DNA from: Lingula anatina
Taxonomy: Eukaryota; Animalia; Brachiopoda
Direction of reading: 5' to 3'
Assembly: GCA_051362555.1 (NCBI GenBank)
Contig: CM120646.1
Location: 18,042,001 to 18,106,000 of the forward strand
Length of the DNA: 64,000 nt
Shown: positions 14,171 through 26,062 of the stretch, piece by piece
Numbering within the stretch: the stretch's first letter is position 1
Layout of the letters: every line of letters starts with the position of its first letter
Notes under the pieces: model-generated
Told to the model about the DNA's origin: nothing
The model's input: only the letters and a program-made list of their open reading frames with translations
The model's database searches: none
Translations under genes and position numbers: made by a program

Positions 14171-14317
14171 GTAAATTTAAACACAAATGTTTTCTAAGGT
14201 GGGCGTAATGATTTCTAATGCAGAAGAGAAACTGCCCTAATCCTGGTTTAGATTTTAGAATCAACACAAACTATAGACTCGCCCTTCAAGTTCAAGTCTA
14301 AGCCAGTTGATGATGTT

Positions 14318-14328
14318 GGGAAATTCCC
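14318..14328. promoter_or_regulatory. NF-kappaB site GGGAAATTCCC near the 5' end of TNFR-like gene 1
   Basis: Exact match to the kB consensus, about 150 bp after the presumed first donor. Function not shown. Confidence 0.45.
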
Positions 14329-15631
14329 AGCACTGTAAAAAGGAATAAGCGCACGAACAAAACATCGTGCCTCGATATGAGAACTAGATAACTCTGGCGT
14401 TTTGAGCATCCAAACTTTACAAAATATCAATGAAGTTAAACAATAGGCCTCGCCCAAGAACTTATTATATGGTATATTGTAACATGTTTTTATTTTTATT
14501 GGAGATTCTCATATTATTAAATAAATGAGAAGTCTTTTGATGTGGGCTGTAGCAATAGGCCAAAGCTTCATTGGTCCAAATGTTCACTATAGAACATTCA
14601 GACCAGCAAACCCTTGATTACAAAACTGATGAAAATGTTATGATTTTTTTTACTAATGAACCTTTGGACTGTCATTTGAATCCTGTGCTGAGTAGTATAT
14701 TAATTACAGAGTTTCTGCAGGGCATTCAAAGTGAGTTAGAAGGTCCACGTTTCAGTAGTGTCTTACTTTTTGCTATGGCTCATCATGAAAGTGGGACGTT
14801 GTAGTCATAAACAATAAGCAACGCATTAAGGATTTCTGTAAAAATACTGTTTTTCCATCAATTTAACTTTGTTGAGGTATAATACCTCTTGAATTAATCT
14901 TTCTACAGATATTCAAATAATGCATAGAATAAAGGTTTGACCATGAATAACAAGATGTACTGAGATTATTGCATCTGACACAAAGATTGTATTATGCAGA
15001 ATTTTAAACTTCAAATTAACATGATATCATGAACAGGATTTTGTCACCAACTCAAACGTTACAAAAATCGATGGACCAACTATTAGGTTAACTGCTTATG
15101 TAGCTGATAAATAACGCCTTGTTTGTACTTATATATAACTTTTGACAAATAAAACTGATTTTCTAATTTGCATCGCATTTGAGAATAAAATCTTTTATGA
15201 GCAATGGTGGAAATCTGTCAGACAAAAGATGTATTATTGTAAGACACAAGTTGGCAACACTGGTTCATTTACTAGAAGACTGCCTTAATCTTCCTGGCAT
15301 TTAAAAAAAATTTAAAAAGTAATATTAATTAAAAAAACATAAAGAGATAACAATAGAGATACTTAAATTGAAGGATTTGTCATCTTTGTAATTTCCAATT
15401 GAGAAAGATATAAGCTTCCCTTAATATTTGGACATAATTGTATGATTAGGACATTTACAGACATACATGGTATATGCCTTTGTCAAAGAGACAAGACGGA
15501 TAGAATTAAAGTTTAACACTTAAAAAAATAAAAAGATACTAGTAAATATAGAAAAAGGATTCAAGGCATCAGAATGACACATTGCATTTTTTTTTTTGTA
15601 CATTTTAACAAGCATTTTTCTTTTTTCAAAG

Positions 15632-17255
15632 ATGCTGAACTGTGCACAGGTTGGCTTGTGCCTGATGAGCTTTCATATTGCTGCAGTAGGTGGCGGTGCA
15701 GCAGTTGACAATTGTGGCCTCTATAAAGCATATGACTCTGTCTATGATGCGTAAGTAGAATTTATAGTAACTATAGAATATGAATGCAAAGGTAAAGAAA
15801 TGTTTTACATATTTAAAGATTGCTTCTTTTCAAATGGATGCAAGGTGTGTACAAATTTCAGTTTACACTTTGGACCAATTGATGTCACAATTTTAAAATT
15901 GCTTACCAAGGAAATAATTAACTTTAATGGAGAGCAAAATGCACAAAGTAAATTTACAGGCATACTAGTAGTATACATAAGAAATGACACGGAGAGAGTA
16001 ATTAATCAATCTGGTGAGTTTGAAGACGGGGTTAGACAGTTTTCTGGGAAGTGTGTTATCATTAGTACATGTAGTATTATATATTGTTAAAAAACTAATA
16101 TATATATTAATTGTTAATTTTACCTTTAAGTTTGCCTTGACTAACATCAGTTTAACCAGTAACATCAACCTCTGGAAAGGAGAGTGGAACTGACTCATGT
16201 GGCAAATTGGTGTTGATTGCAGCGACACCTGGTGGTTGGTTGACACAACTGTTATCAGTCTGAGGAGAGCTTTTGATTGTGACACAACAATCACCTCTGA
16301 TAACAGCTCAGCAAACTTACAACTTGTTACTCAAAGTCTCAATAATAGGCCTTTTCCTTCATTTCAGGTGCAAGGGGTGCAACTTTTGTTGCAATAAGAC
16401 ATTAGGTGGACATATTAATAACTTGACTCCTGAGAGCAAGTGCATTGACTTAAAGAAGGACTCTTTCCTGTACGGTTGCTTTGAACAAGATGGAGAGGAT
16501 GTCTGCCCTGTCCACATGTATCCAAGTAATGATTGTGTGTTAATTTTGGTGATTAAAAGGCAGAATTTAGAACTAAGTGGAAGTAATTCATGTTCATTTA
16601 CAAATAGGAATGCAGCATATTTTTAAACTTAAATATTTAAAGAATATTATTATTATTATTGTCAGTATGATGTATCATCCTTGACTCCGGAAAATAAGAA
16701 ATGATTTTAGAAATATGTAAATAAGAGTAAAATGCTGGTTAAAAGAAGTATTTATGTAATATTTTATGCACTTTTAGGACACTTAAGTCTTGCAATTTGA
16801 CAATTGGTATATTATATACAAAGATTGTGTTTCATACAAGTTGAAAACATTTAGATGGAGTGTAATTTATTAGTTGCAATTTATTTTGTGTTTTTTGCTT
16901 TAAGTACATCCCAGCGACTCGGTGACAGATAGCTTCCTCTGGGAAATTGTTGGACCAATCATGGGCATCTTGGCAGTTGCGGCATTTATCCTTGCAGTGT
17001 GTTTTTGGCAAAAGAGGCAGAAAAAAGGTAACAATTTGATGGATGATTTTATTACTTGTAGGAGGCCTCACGTGCATGGAAATGCCCAGTTCCATGATTG
17101 CCTTTTCTCACTGCACCATGCAAAACACTTACAGTACATTCAGTATGGCAGACTATCAGATCCGCAGATCAAATATGGTGACCCACTAAAAAGCTTACCA
17201 TTTAATTCCTGATTTGACACTGAATTATCTAGTAAATTATCTAGTTAATTCTTCC

Positions 17256-17291
<36 letters not shown>

Positions 17292-19619
17292 GAAGTGCTT
17301 TATTATTTTGTTTACATGTTTACTTAAACATGAAGGCAACTTTGAATATTCAAAGAAATGAAAATTATCTTCATTAACAGGCTTTAAAAAATAATCTTGA
17401 TTTATTTGCAGCACCAGAAAAAGATGTCACATTGACTGATGTGAAGATAATATCTCATCCAGACTCCCAAAAGGATGGTATGAATTCCATTATTGATATG
17501 GGTGACCCTTGTATTTTGTGAATACATTTATCATCCTTGTACTTGAATTTTGTCAAGAAATGAAATTCATGCGTAATACTGTCAGTCATACTGTTAGTTA
17601 CATAAGTCACTAGAAATCATTTATAGATATAAATGTGTGTATGATGTTTGTTTGTTATTAAAATAAATCAGCTAGTAATGTAATAAGTTATTATAATTGG
17701 TATTGAGTACAATGATTATATTTAAGAGGGATTATAAGCCTTTATGCTCTAGAAATATACATCTATTTGGATCATTGGTAAGTTTGCTCTAGTGAAGAAT
17801 ACCTTGAATTCCTCAATGTGTATTTGTCTGATGTTAGCTTATTTATGAACTTCTAGAAGAAACTCCCCAGGAACAGGAGAACTTAGTGGAAGCAGTTCCA
17901 GCCACCACGGGACATGAACTGAGCAGTAAGGTAGTCAAAACTGCTGCAGAGCCCTGGGGAAGTATGGAAGATGATAATACAAGTGTCCAGGAAAATGAAG
18001 ATTCCTCCACTGGGTCTAGACAAAACAGGTCAGCCCGTCCAGCTGCTAAACCTTGGGAACTGGGTGAGACAAGTAGGAAGTATGTGCCTGAAGACCCCCC
18101 TGAACTGGCAGTTGGGGCGCAACCAGAAAAACCAGAGGAAGAAGAACCACTATTAGAGGATGGTATGTCTTCAAAGTTTTTGTCTAGGTGGGATTATTTG
18201 TGTTTGATCAGATTAAAGGATGGGGCTGTTTGGTACATTTGTTTTGTACTATGCTTGTAATGCCCAGTTTTAGAGGGGGTTCATAGTAAATCTAAAAAAC
18301 TTGATATTGAAAAAAAGTTCATGTTGCCTACAGTTTCTGCCAGTGCCTTTACAGATCTAGAAATTGTCTAGAAATTGGCACTATTTGCCTCAGGTTTAAA
18401 CAAAGTCATTTAAGGCATCTGTGTAACTGTGCACATCTCTTGTTCAATGTGCAAACCTTAGTGCACTGGTCAATGCTACTGGCTCTCTGCTCCAACGGGT
18501 GCTTAAACTGGCCCACTAATAAATTAATGTGGCCTTGTCGATCTCTTAGGAACCATTTTAATGCCCCACATGGCAAGTAGTGAGGAAATTTTGGCCTGCA
18601 CCCTATTGTTTAAACAAAAAAAAACTTTAAAGTAGACAGTCACATTTGCTCTAGGTTTGTTTGCTGGTTTGGCCTCTCAGGCCAATTGCAAATTTCTGTG
18701 TGTTTGTGTGAAAGTTCTTTTTTCACATGTGTTGAAGTAAATTAGTTTGATTGCCGTGAAACTTGTCATGCCATGATGCAGTCATGTTTAGAAAATCCAC
18801 CAAACGCACATAAATATTGAGCTATCTCCTTATCCATTTTGAAAGATTATTTTATCTAGCTTTAAATCTTAACATGTGGTGAAATGCAGAGTTTCATTGC
18901 CATTATAAGTAAATGGATGTGTGAATAGGGTTATGGGTGCGCATATGGATGGATGGGTGGGTAGATATATTTGTAAGGGTGGCTGGGTGGATGGATACAC
19001 ATATGGGTGAATAGATGGATGGATGCTGTTACAAGTTAGTTCATGAGATTACCTTTTTTTGTCTAAATTTAAAGTTGTTTTTAGCTGATCAGAGCATTCT
19101 TTTAGAACCTTACTGTGATGCAATCTGTTTATTGGACGTGTATGTTTTAGGGGACCAAACTCGGGTGAAGTCTCTTTCCTCGGATCCGTATTACGAGGGC
19201 TTGGTGGATGAAAAGTTTAACGTAAGTGTGCTTCTAAAAACAAGTAAAAATAAAATTTGCCCACCAACTCTGTTTACAGTGTTGATGCTAGTTTAACAAC
19301 CTGTTAATTTTGCTTAAAGAATTTACCATGCATATTTTTAATTAAAATGAATAATTCCATCCGTAATGATTTTTCTTTAAGAATTGTTAAAAAGTACCCT
19401 TAAAGTTGGAGATTCAGGCAATGGGTGTATTCTGATTAGAAATAAGATAAAAGAAGAAAAATAATAAAATAATAAAAAAATGTAATAAATAAATTGGTCA
19501 AGTAGCCAGCCTTGCATATTGTCTGCCTAGTAAATATTTTATAAGTTAACAGCAAATTTATGATGTTTTCTTTTAAATTACAGTTAAGTGCAGAGGCCAA
19601 GCCTGGAGCATCTGAGTAA
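15632..19619 (+). CDS. Single-pass TNF-receptor-superfamily-like protein (one BCMA/TACI-type Cys-rich module, TM helix, acidic tail with TRAF-type motifs, no death domain), about 292 aa; paralogue 1
   Basis: Exons 15632-15750, 16368-16525, 16905-17027, 17412-17477, 17857-18162, 19151-19221, 19584-19619 (GT-AG, phases consistent, 879 nt). Ectodomain CGLYKAYDSVYDACKGCNFCC..C..C..C; TM WEIVGPIMGILAVAAFILAVCFW followed by QKRQKK; tail motifs TPQE, SVQE, PWELGE. The gene structure is firm; the TNFR assignment is by motif only. Confidence 0.8.
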
Positions 19620-19777
19620 AAAGATTATGGTTTTAGGACATAAGGGCATTGGGGTTCTGTACACAGCCTTGTAAAAAGCAGCATTTTCTTGAGCTGTAGA
19701 GAGACTTGGGACATAAGGTTGTTGTACTGGCAAAGGGCACAGGGTCATGGCAATGCATTTAAATATTAACCATATGC

Positions 19778-20024
19778 CGCGTTCCCATAAACCCATCAGA
19801 CTGGCTGTTTCGATCTAACTCTGCAAGGATTCTCACTGAATTGCATTTAGTTTAAATGTCTGGCACTCCTACCCAAGCTGCTAAGGGGTGATGAACAATA
19901 GTTGATTACCCCTTTGTTACTCAATGGGGGGATGCTGGACAATTAAGCTGATTACACTAAAAGTACATTATAGGAAGAAGCCCTGCAGAGTTAGATCAAT
20001 TCAATGGGTTTATGGGAATGGGGT
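19778..20024. mobile_element. Diverged palindromic MITE (PIF/Harbinger-like family), boundaries approximate
   Basis: ttcccataaaccca ... tgggtttatgggaa inverted ends; gatctaactctgca/tgcagagttagatc subterminal inverted repeat. Confidence 0.6.
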
Positions 20025-20139
20025 TATATTCTTTACAACATTTCTTAAAAAAAAAAACTGTATTTTATACTAATATTGACAAGAATGTCATGTTATATAC
20101 CAAATTATATGTGAAGAGTGAATGTTTTTCTGACTCTAA

Positions 20140-20402
20140 GAGAATGTTTCCGTAAACCCGTCACAGTAGCTGGATCTTTCTAATTCTGCGAGGATTCCAA
20201 CTAAATTGCATTCGTTGTAAGTGGATTAAATGAGTAGCAAGCTTACTTAAGCTGCTAGGGGGTAATTAACGAAAGTCAGTTCCCCCCTAGTTACTCAAGG
20301 GACATGCCAGACAATTAAGCTGATTGCTCTGAAATGACTTTAGCGAAAAGCCCCACAGAGTTAGAACAATCCAGCTAGTACAATCAGTTTATGGGAATGC
20401 AG
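20140..20402. mobile_element. Second diverged copy of the same MITE family, boundaries approximate
   Basis: Colinear with 19778-20024; shares aagctgctagggggtaattaac and gacaattaagctgatt. Confidence 0.6.
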
Positions 20403-20766
20403 TTTGATGCTCATAAGCTTCACTGTTTGCATTCCCTTGTACCTTAAAGCAGTAGGTTTTTAAAACCATTTTCTATTCCATAAAAACTTGTGATGCTCAT
20501 CCGTGAAGCACGCATTCACTTAGAACAAAAATTTTGTATATAACATGGCACATCAGACAATATTTGTATACAGTTTTGGGGTCATATTGATTTGAATTTT
20601 CACATACAGGTTTTTTCCCTAAATTTAATATGACTTTAAGGCATGATATGAAGATAGTGATCATGGTTTGATCAAAAGAAATTGACAATAGTCTTTATTA
20701 TGTATACATACTGACTTTCTATGTAATCAAGCACAGGTGGAGTAAGCAAACTAATTACAACAATAA

Positions 20767-21683
20767 GGCTCTGTTCACATCCAAGTTTATCAGCAGACTG
20801 AGCCATGGATCAAATATGGTGCAGACCACTTAAAAAGCATGCCATGCAATCCCCTAATGGATTCCCTGCCTCCCATGTGCACCGTCCTTGCACTGGCAGA
20901 GGATTACATAGGGGACTCCTTTATGCCCCCATTTCACACAGACCACGAATCCCAGGAATGGCCATGAATTGACAAATTTCACGATTCGTGGTTGAACCGT
21001 AATCAGTTCGTGAAGTTCTTAACAGATTTGTATATATTCGTAGTCAGTTCTTGCACTTCTTGACCAACAGGAATGGGTGGCAAAAACTTTGATGCCCCTA
21101 TTTCACACAGACCACGAATCGCCAGGAATTGAAAATTTGGTTGAATCGTAATCAGTTCGTGAAGTTCTTAACAGATTCGTATATAATCATAGTAAGTTCT
21201 TGCAATTCTTGATCAATCGGGAATTCGTGGCAAAAATTTTGAGCTGTTCATAGTTTTGGCCACGAACTCCCGATTCCAAAAAATCGTAGTGAATTTCTGG
21301 ACAATATTCGTGCGATTCCAGCCGAATCCCACGAATATTTGTAACACTATCGCACCTGTATCGTAACTGAATCGTAGAGCGTGTCGAATTAGACCAGAAA
21401 ATTGGCAAAATCTCACAATTCCAGTCGAATCCCACGAATATTCGTAACACTATCGTACCTGTATCGTAAGTGAATCGTGAGCATGTCGAATAAGTCCAGA
21501 AAATTGGCAAAATCTCAGGAATCCTCACGAATCCTAAAATTTGTCAATTCCTGGCGATTCGTGGGATTCGTGGTCTGTGTGAAATAGGGGCCTTAAGGGG
21601 ATTACTTGGCATGCTTTCAAGTGCTCTGTGCCATATTTGATCTGCATCTCAATCCGCAGAGCAACTTAGTTGTGAACAGAGCC
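20767..21683. mobile_element. PIF/Harbinger-type MITE (TAA target duplication) hosting a nested element
   Basis: TAA|ggctctgttcaca ... tgtgaacagagcc|TAA; imperfect inverted arms of about 85 bp. Confidence 0.8.
20924..21592. mobile_element. Nested PIF/Harbinger-type MITE (TTA duplication) with a duplicated left end and internal ~79-bp tandem repeats
   Basis: TTA|tgcccccatttcacacagaccacgaat ... attcgtggtctgtgtgaaataggggcc|TTA. The left end recurs near 21093; ccacgaatatt...aaattggcaaaatctca is repeated between about 21320 and 21520. Confidence 0.8.
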
Positions 21684-22430
21684 TAAGATCCTGGTAATAT
21701 ATATATCATTGAGGAAAGCATCATGATCAGAAGGGTAGTACAAAAGCAAGGGATGCTAAATTAATTGAAAGGATGATAAGTAAAATTATCTTTTCGGTCA
21801 CATCTTCATATCATATTTTTTTAAAAATTAATTTTTTAATGGTTGGTACTCAGTTTTATGATGTTATTGTCCAAGGGTGAACTATCTAGGGTAGGGGGAT
21901 TTTCACTTAATATTTAAACTGCTTTTGCTGTGATCCCTGTGCCCCCCAGAGGATGTCCAATGAGGAATGTTTATGCTATTCTTTTGTTATTACTTTAAAA
22001 TGTTCAGTGTTTGATTTAATGTTGGTCAAGTTTTCAAGTTTTTGGTTAAACAAAGGGTGTCAATTTTCCTGATATTTGTACTTTTCCCTCGATTTTCATG
22101 GTGTAACGGTAATCCCAAGTATGATAGAGACATCTAGTAAAAGATATTCATCAACACTCCCTAAATAGTGCACCTGTAGTGGTCTAAATCTGCAAAATCA
22201 GATCACAAATGATATTACAAGGTCTTGATCATAATAGAAAAGGTCAGTGTAACTTCAGATACTGATTCTAGGCGCAACTAATGAAAGCAAAATTTAATGT
22301 TATGACATGATTCATTAGAAAAAAATTAGAATTGTCTAGGACTTTTAAAATTGTAAGAAATTGCCCTTGAGAAGTTAAGATGTTCATATTAATTCTTTTA
22401 AAGAATAGTCGAGTTTATCCTTTAATGTAA

Positions 22431-22648
22431 AGGGCCATTACCATACCCTATCATACTAGCAGGATCAATCTACCTCCCAGGGGTTTCTCACTAAATTAAG
22501 TTTAAGCATGCATGAAAGTTAATTATCCCCTAGCAGCTTCAGCAGGTGAGATAGACATTTTAGCCATTTAAACTGAATCCAATGTAGCAAGAATTCCTTC
22601 CGAGTTTGATCGATCTTGTTAGTTCGATAGGTTAATGAAAACCCAGTC
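22431..22648. mobile_element. Diverged palindromic MITE, TAA target duplication
   Basis: TAA at 22428-22430 and 22649-22651; core gttaattatcccctagcagctt. The empty site is visible in the paralogous sequence near 44057-44100. Confidence 0.7.
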
Positions 22649-22665
22649 TAACTTCTCTAATATTT

Positions 22666-23871
22666 GGGTTCGTTCTCATGAAAAATCTATTTTCTAAAAA
22701 TCTAGAAATCTATTGGTGGTATCTTGTGATCACTGTCTGTGCCCTGAATACCCCGCGGCGTAATTACTGGCAGTGCGAGCGAGTTACTTCCAAAGCTGTA
22801 ATTAATTCTCGCCAGGGCTTGGAGCAGATTCTCATACCTTGACACCTTGACGCATGTGCAGTTGGAAGTTGGAAAGTAAATGGCGGTCACAGTTGCTTTG
22901 ACAAATGTGTTTGTCGATTTTGTGCAACGACAAGCACTACCACTAGCCATATTATGCGTCTGTATGCTTGAGTCATCACAACTAAACTGATGAACTCCAC
23001 AGCTTAGAGATATACTGCGCATGCATCAAGGTGTCAGAATCTCCTCCGAGCACAGCTGAGAATTAATTACAGCTTTGGAAGTAACTGGCCACCCTGAGCG
23101 TCAGAGATAACTTGACACTAACCCCTTCACAATAGCCTGTCTTCATCGTGTCAAGTTACCTCTGACGAAAATAGTTTGACCTAGTTTATATAAGCCAATC
23201 GAATCCAAGTTTCAAAATTTTTCACCAAAGTTTGGTGAAAACGCTGATTGGTTGGCCGTCAATCGGTAATCCTCGGCTGATTCCGCAAGCTCCATACTAA
23301 CAACAAAGTTATTGTCGAGTGGGGAGACATCCGAGTAGTGCCGAGTGCATAACCGTACACAAAGAAAGCATGGCGTCTTCTACAAGTGACTACGTAAAAT
23401 AATGTGTTAAGTTATCTCTTGATTCTTTGCAAAATATGAGTATATCGGAATTGAAACCAGAGCAGTTTGAGGCCCTGCATCATTATCTACTGAGGGATGA
23501 TGTATTTTGCGTGCTGCCCACAGGTTACGTCAAGTCCCTGATATTGAGCCTTATCTCTGATTGGTCCGGATTTGAACAAAGCGCGCTTTGACTCGTTCGC
23601 GTTCATTGGCTAGATCGTTCAATGAGTCATTGAGTGCGGGCTTTAAATTTGATTGGCGGGCGGCGGGGGCAATCGAATGTGGTCAGAGGTAACTTGACAC
23701 GATGAAGATAGGCTATTGTGAAGAGGTTAGTGTCAAGTTATCTCTGAAGCTCAGGGTGTAACTGGCTTGCACTGCCAGTAATTAAGACGTGGAGTATTCA
23801 GGGCACAAACCTTGATCACAAGATACCGCCAATAGATTTTTAGAAAATAGATTTTTCATGTGAACGAACCC
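22666..23871. mobile_element. Long-TIR MITE (GGGTTCGTTC termini, 3-bp TTT flanks) interrupted in its right arm by a nested insertion
   Basis: gggttcgttctcatgaaaaatctattttctaaaaatcta ... tagatttttagaaaatagatttttcatgtgaacgaaccc. The arms pair over more than 150 bp once 23090-23766 is removed. Confidence 0.85.
23090..23758 (+). mobile_element. Non-autonomous DNA transposon with 77-bp TIRs, an 8(-9)-bp target duplication and a RecQ-type helicase gene fragment (AcademH-like)
   Basis: TIRs at 23090-23166 and 23682-23758 (3 mismatches); TAACTGGC duplicated at 23082-23089 and 23759-23766. 23370-~23546 reads MASSTSDYVK*...ELKPEQFEALHHYLLRDDVFCVLPTGYVKSLI, matching the RecQ Q-motif plus Walker A (LPTGxGKS). 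Confidence 0.75.
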
Positions 23872-24617
23872 TTTATGTCAGAACTTGTATTAGGTCATAA
23901 AATAGAGATATGGTGTGCTGTGCCCCAATGGTGCCTATTACATATAGGGCCAAAAGGTCATGATTCAACATGGTCTATTATGTGCTAAGAGATAACTGAC
24001 ATTTATTTTGGACATATTATACGTTGACAGAATATATGTAAGTGTGAGTAAATTCTTGAGACAACCAAATTTTAACTCTGTAAGAATAATGTTCTGTCAC
24101 TGAACTGTTACATTAAGAAATTTTTTATGTTCCACTGCATGACACTTAGTGTCTCTTTTTTAAGTGGATCCCTTTACTCAATGATTTGAATCATGGGTTA
24201 CTCATGTGTACTGTTTATTTTTAGCTAAAATTCTTATTACAAAAAGTTGTGATCGCATACAAAGAATGTTTTAAGAAGAATCAAATAAAAGGGAATTACT
24301 GGAGTAATCTATTTGCATCAAAATTTTAGTGAACTTTATGTAAAGTTTATTAAAGCATATTTTAAGTCATTGTAAGTTTGAAATAGATTACTCAATAAAA
24401 TATGAATGTGGCAAGCACAGAGTGCTTTGCAAATTTAGAAGGTAATTTTCCATACCATCATCAAATATTAATTTTTTTTGTTTGTAAAACAACTAAAAAT
24501 CATGACAAAAGCATAGCATATTACATACCGATGTATGTAGGCATTAGTGTATCAAAGATATTTGATACTGGATATGACAGCTTTATGTTAACCATATGAC
24601 AACCATTCTCTCACAAT

Positions 24618-24957
24618 CACTAGTGGGCTGGAATTGGTCTTAAAGTGCAATTTAAGTTCACAAGTGATCTTACACGATCTTAAAAATTACAGCAGTAGTC
24701 TTAAAATTGACTGAAACTGCTTTTAAGATCAAAAATGATCTAACATCTACTTAAGTGGTCAAGCAGTTTCCTCCCCTCACAATAGGGGATACCTCCCCTC
24801 ACAATAGAGGACACCTCTGCTCACAGTAGGAGAATGTGTAAGGGGAGACAATTTAATTGGCTGTTAGACCAGAAATAGTCTTACTCATGGTTTAAGATCA
24901 AGTAAGACTATTTGTGAACTTAAATTGCACTTTAAGACCAATTCAAGCCCACTAGTG
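24618..24957. mobile_element. MITE-like inverted repeat element bounded by CACTAGTG
   Basis: cactagtgggctggaattggtcttaaagtgcaatttaagttcacaa ... ttgtgaacttaaattgcactttaagaccaattcaagcccactagtg. Confidence 0.8.
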
Positions 24958-25411
24958 AATGTTATTGTAACCCTCACCACCTATTGTTACAATACAAGCA
25001 TGTAGCTGGTGAGCAAGGTGTGGAGACCCTAGTAGTGCCTTAAGGTTTTAGTTGTCACTGTAAAGTCTTGTTGTATACTAATACTTTGATGCTTACCTGA
25101 ATTATTAGGCAAGGTCACTAAGTAGTCTATTTGTATATTTATTTACTCCGTAGTTGTGCTTTATGTATATATCGTCCACTGCTTGGTTTTCCAACCAAAA
25201 AGGGAACAATTATGAGGTTTTTTTTTTTCAGTAAAAGAGGGGTAACACTTATTGCATGCAGAAGTGTTCCCTTAATTGTCAAGCTACAATTTTTTTGTAG
25301 CATTTTACCAGGGGTTGGTTACCGAGTGGTATATTTATATACTTGGGTGTTTTAAGAGAAATTATACATTGGTGTGTGTGATTTTATTATATACTCAGAT
25401 TTTCTAAGTAA

Positions 25412-25414
<3 letters not shown>

Positions 25415-25474
<60 letters not shown>
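25415..25474. repeat. (AT)30 microsatellite
   Basis: Seen directly. Confidence 0.95.
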
Positions 25475-25477
<3 letters not shown>

Positions 25478-26056
25478 AGTGCTTGCCCATATATATTTAT
25501 GATGGATAATTTAACTTTTTCTTGACGGTGTTAGCTTTATTTTTTACAACCAAGTCATTCTGATGTTTTTCATATTCTTCTTATACTTCATCAGGTTGTT
25601 TCTCTCCTTTTCTCAAGTTTTGTAAATGAATATTTCCATTATATTTCTATAATTGTTACGTTGACTGAGAAGTAGATATAATATACCAGTCTTGTGAAAG
25701 TCCCACATTTTTAAAACCATGTATCTATGTATGTGTTCTGCTCAGATCATTAAGGACCACAACTTACGAGGTTTATGTTATGAAAGTGTGACATTCCAAA
25801 CAGCACATTTGCTAATACTTATTTAGCTGTATGAAAATGGGACGTTATAAGTAATGGTACAATTGGTATTGAGGAGAATGTGAAGATCAACGTTATTACT
25901 GTATATCATTTTAAATTTTTCCAGCAGAGAATGCTTTCACCTGTCCAATTGTTGTAAATATGTCAGGCTTTTTTAGTTTTATAGGCAATTCTGGCTTAAT
26001 TGATTAGTTTTAATGGACTGTTTCTTTACTTATATATATATATTCACCTGCACATT

Positions 26057-26062
26057 AATAAA
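26057..26062 (+). terminator. Probable polyadenylation signal of TNFR-like paralogue 1
   Basis: AATAAA within a block (ttaataaatttcttagatg) also conserved downstream of paralogue 2 (44435-44440), followed by a U/GU-rich tract. Confidence 0.5.

Noticed and set aside
21187-21528. 113-aa ORF with internal repeats, or a CRISPR-like repeat array
   Set aside because: It lies inside a MITE with tandem units and no unique spacers; the context is eukaryotic with no cas genes.
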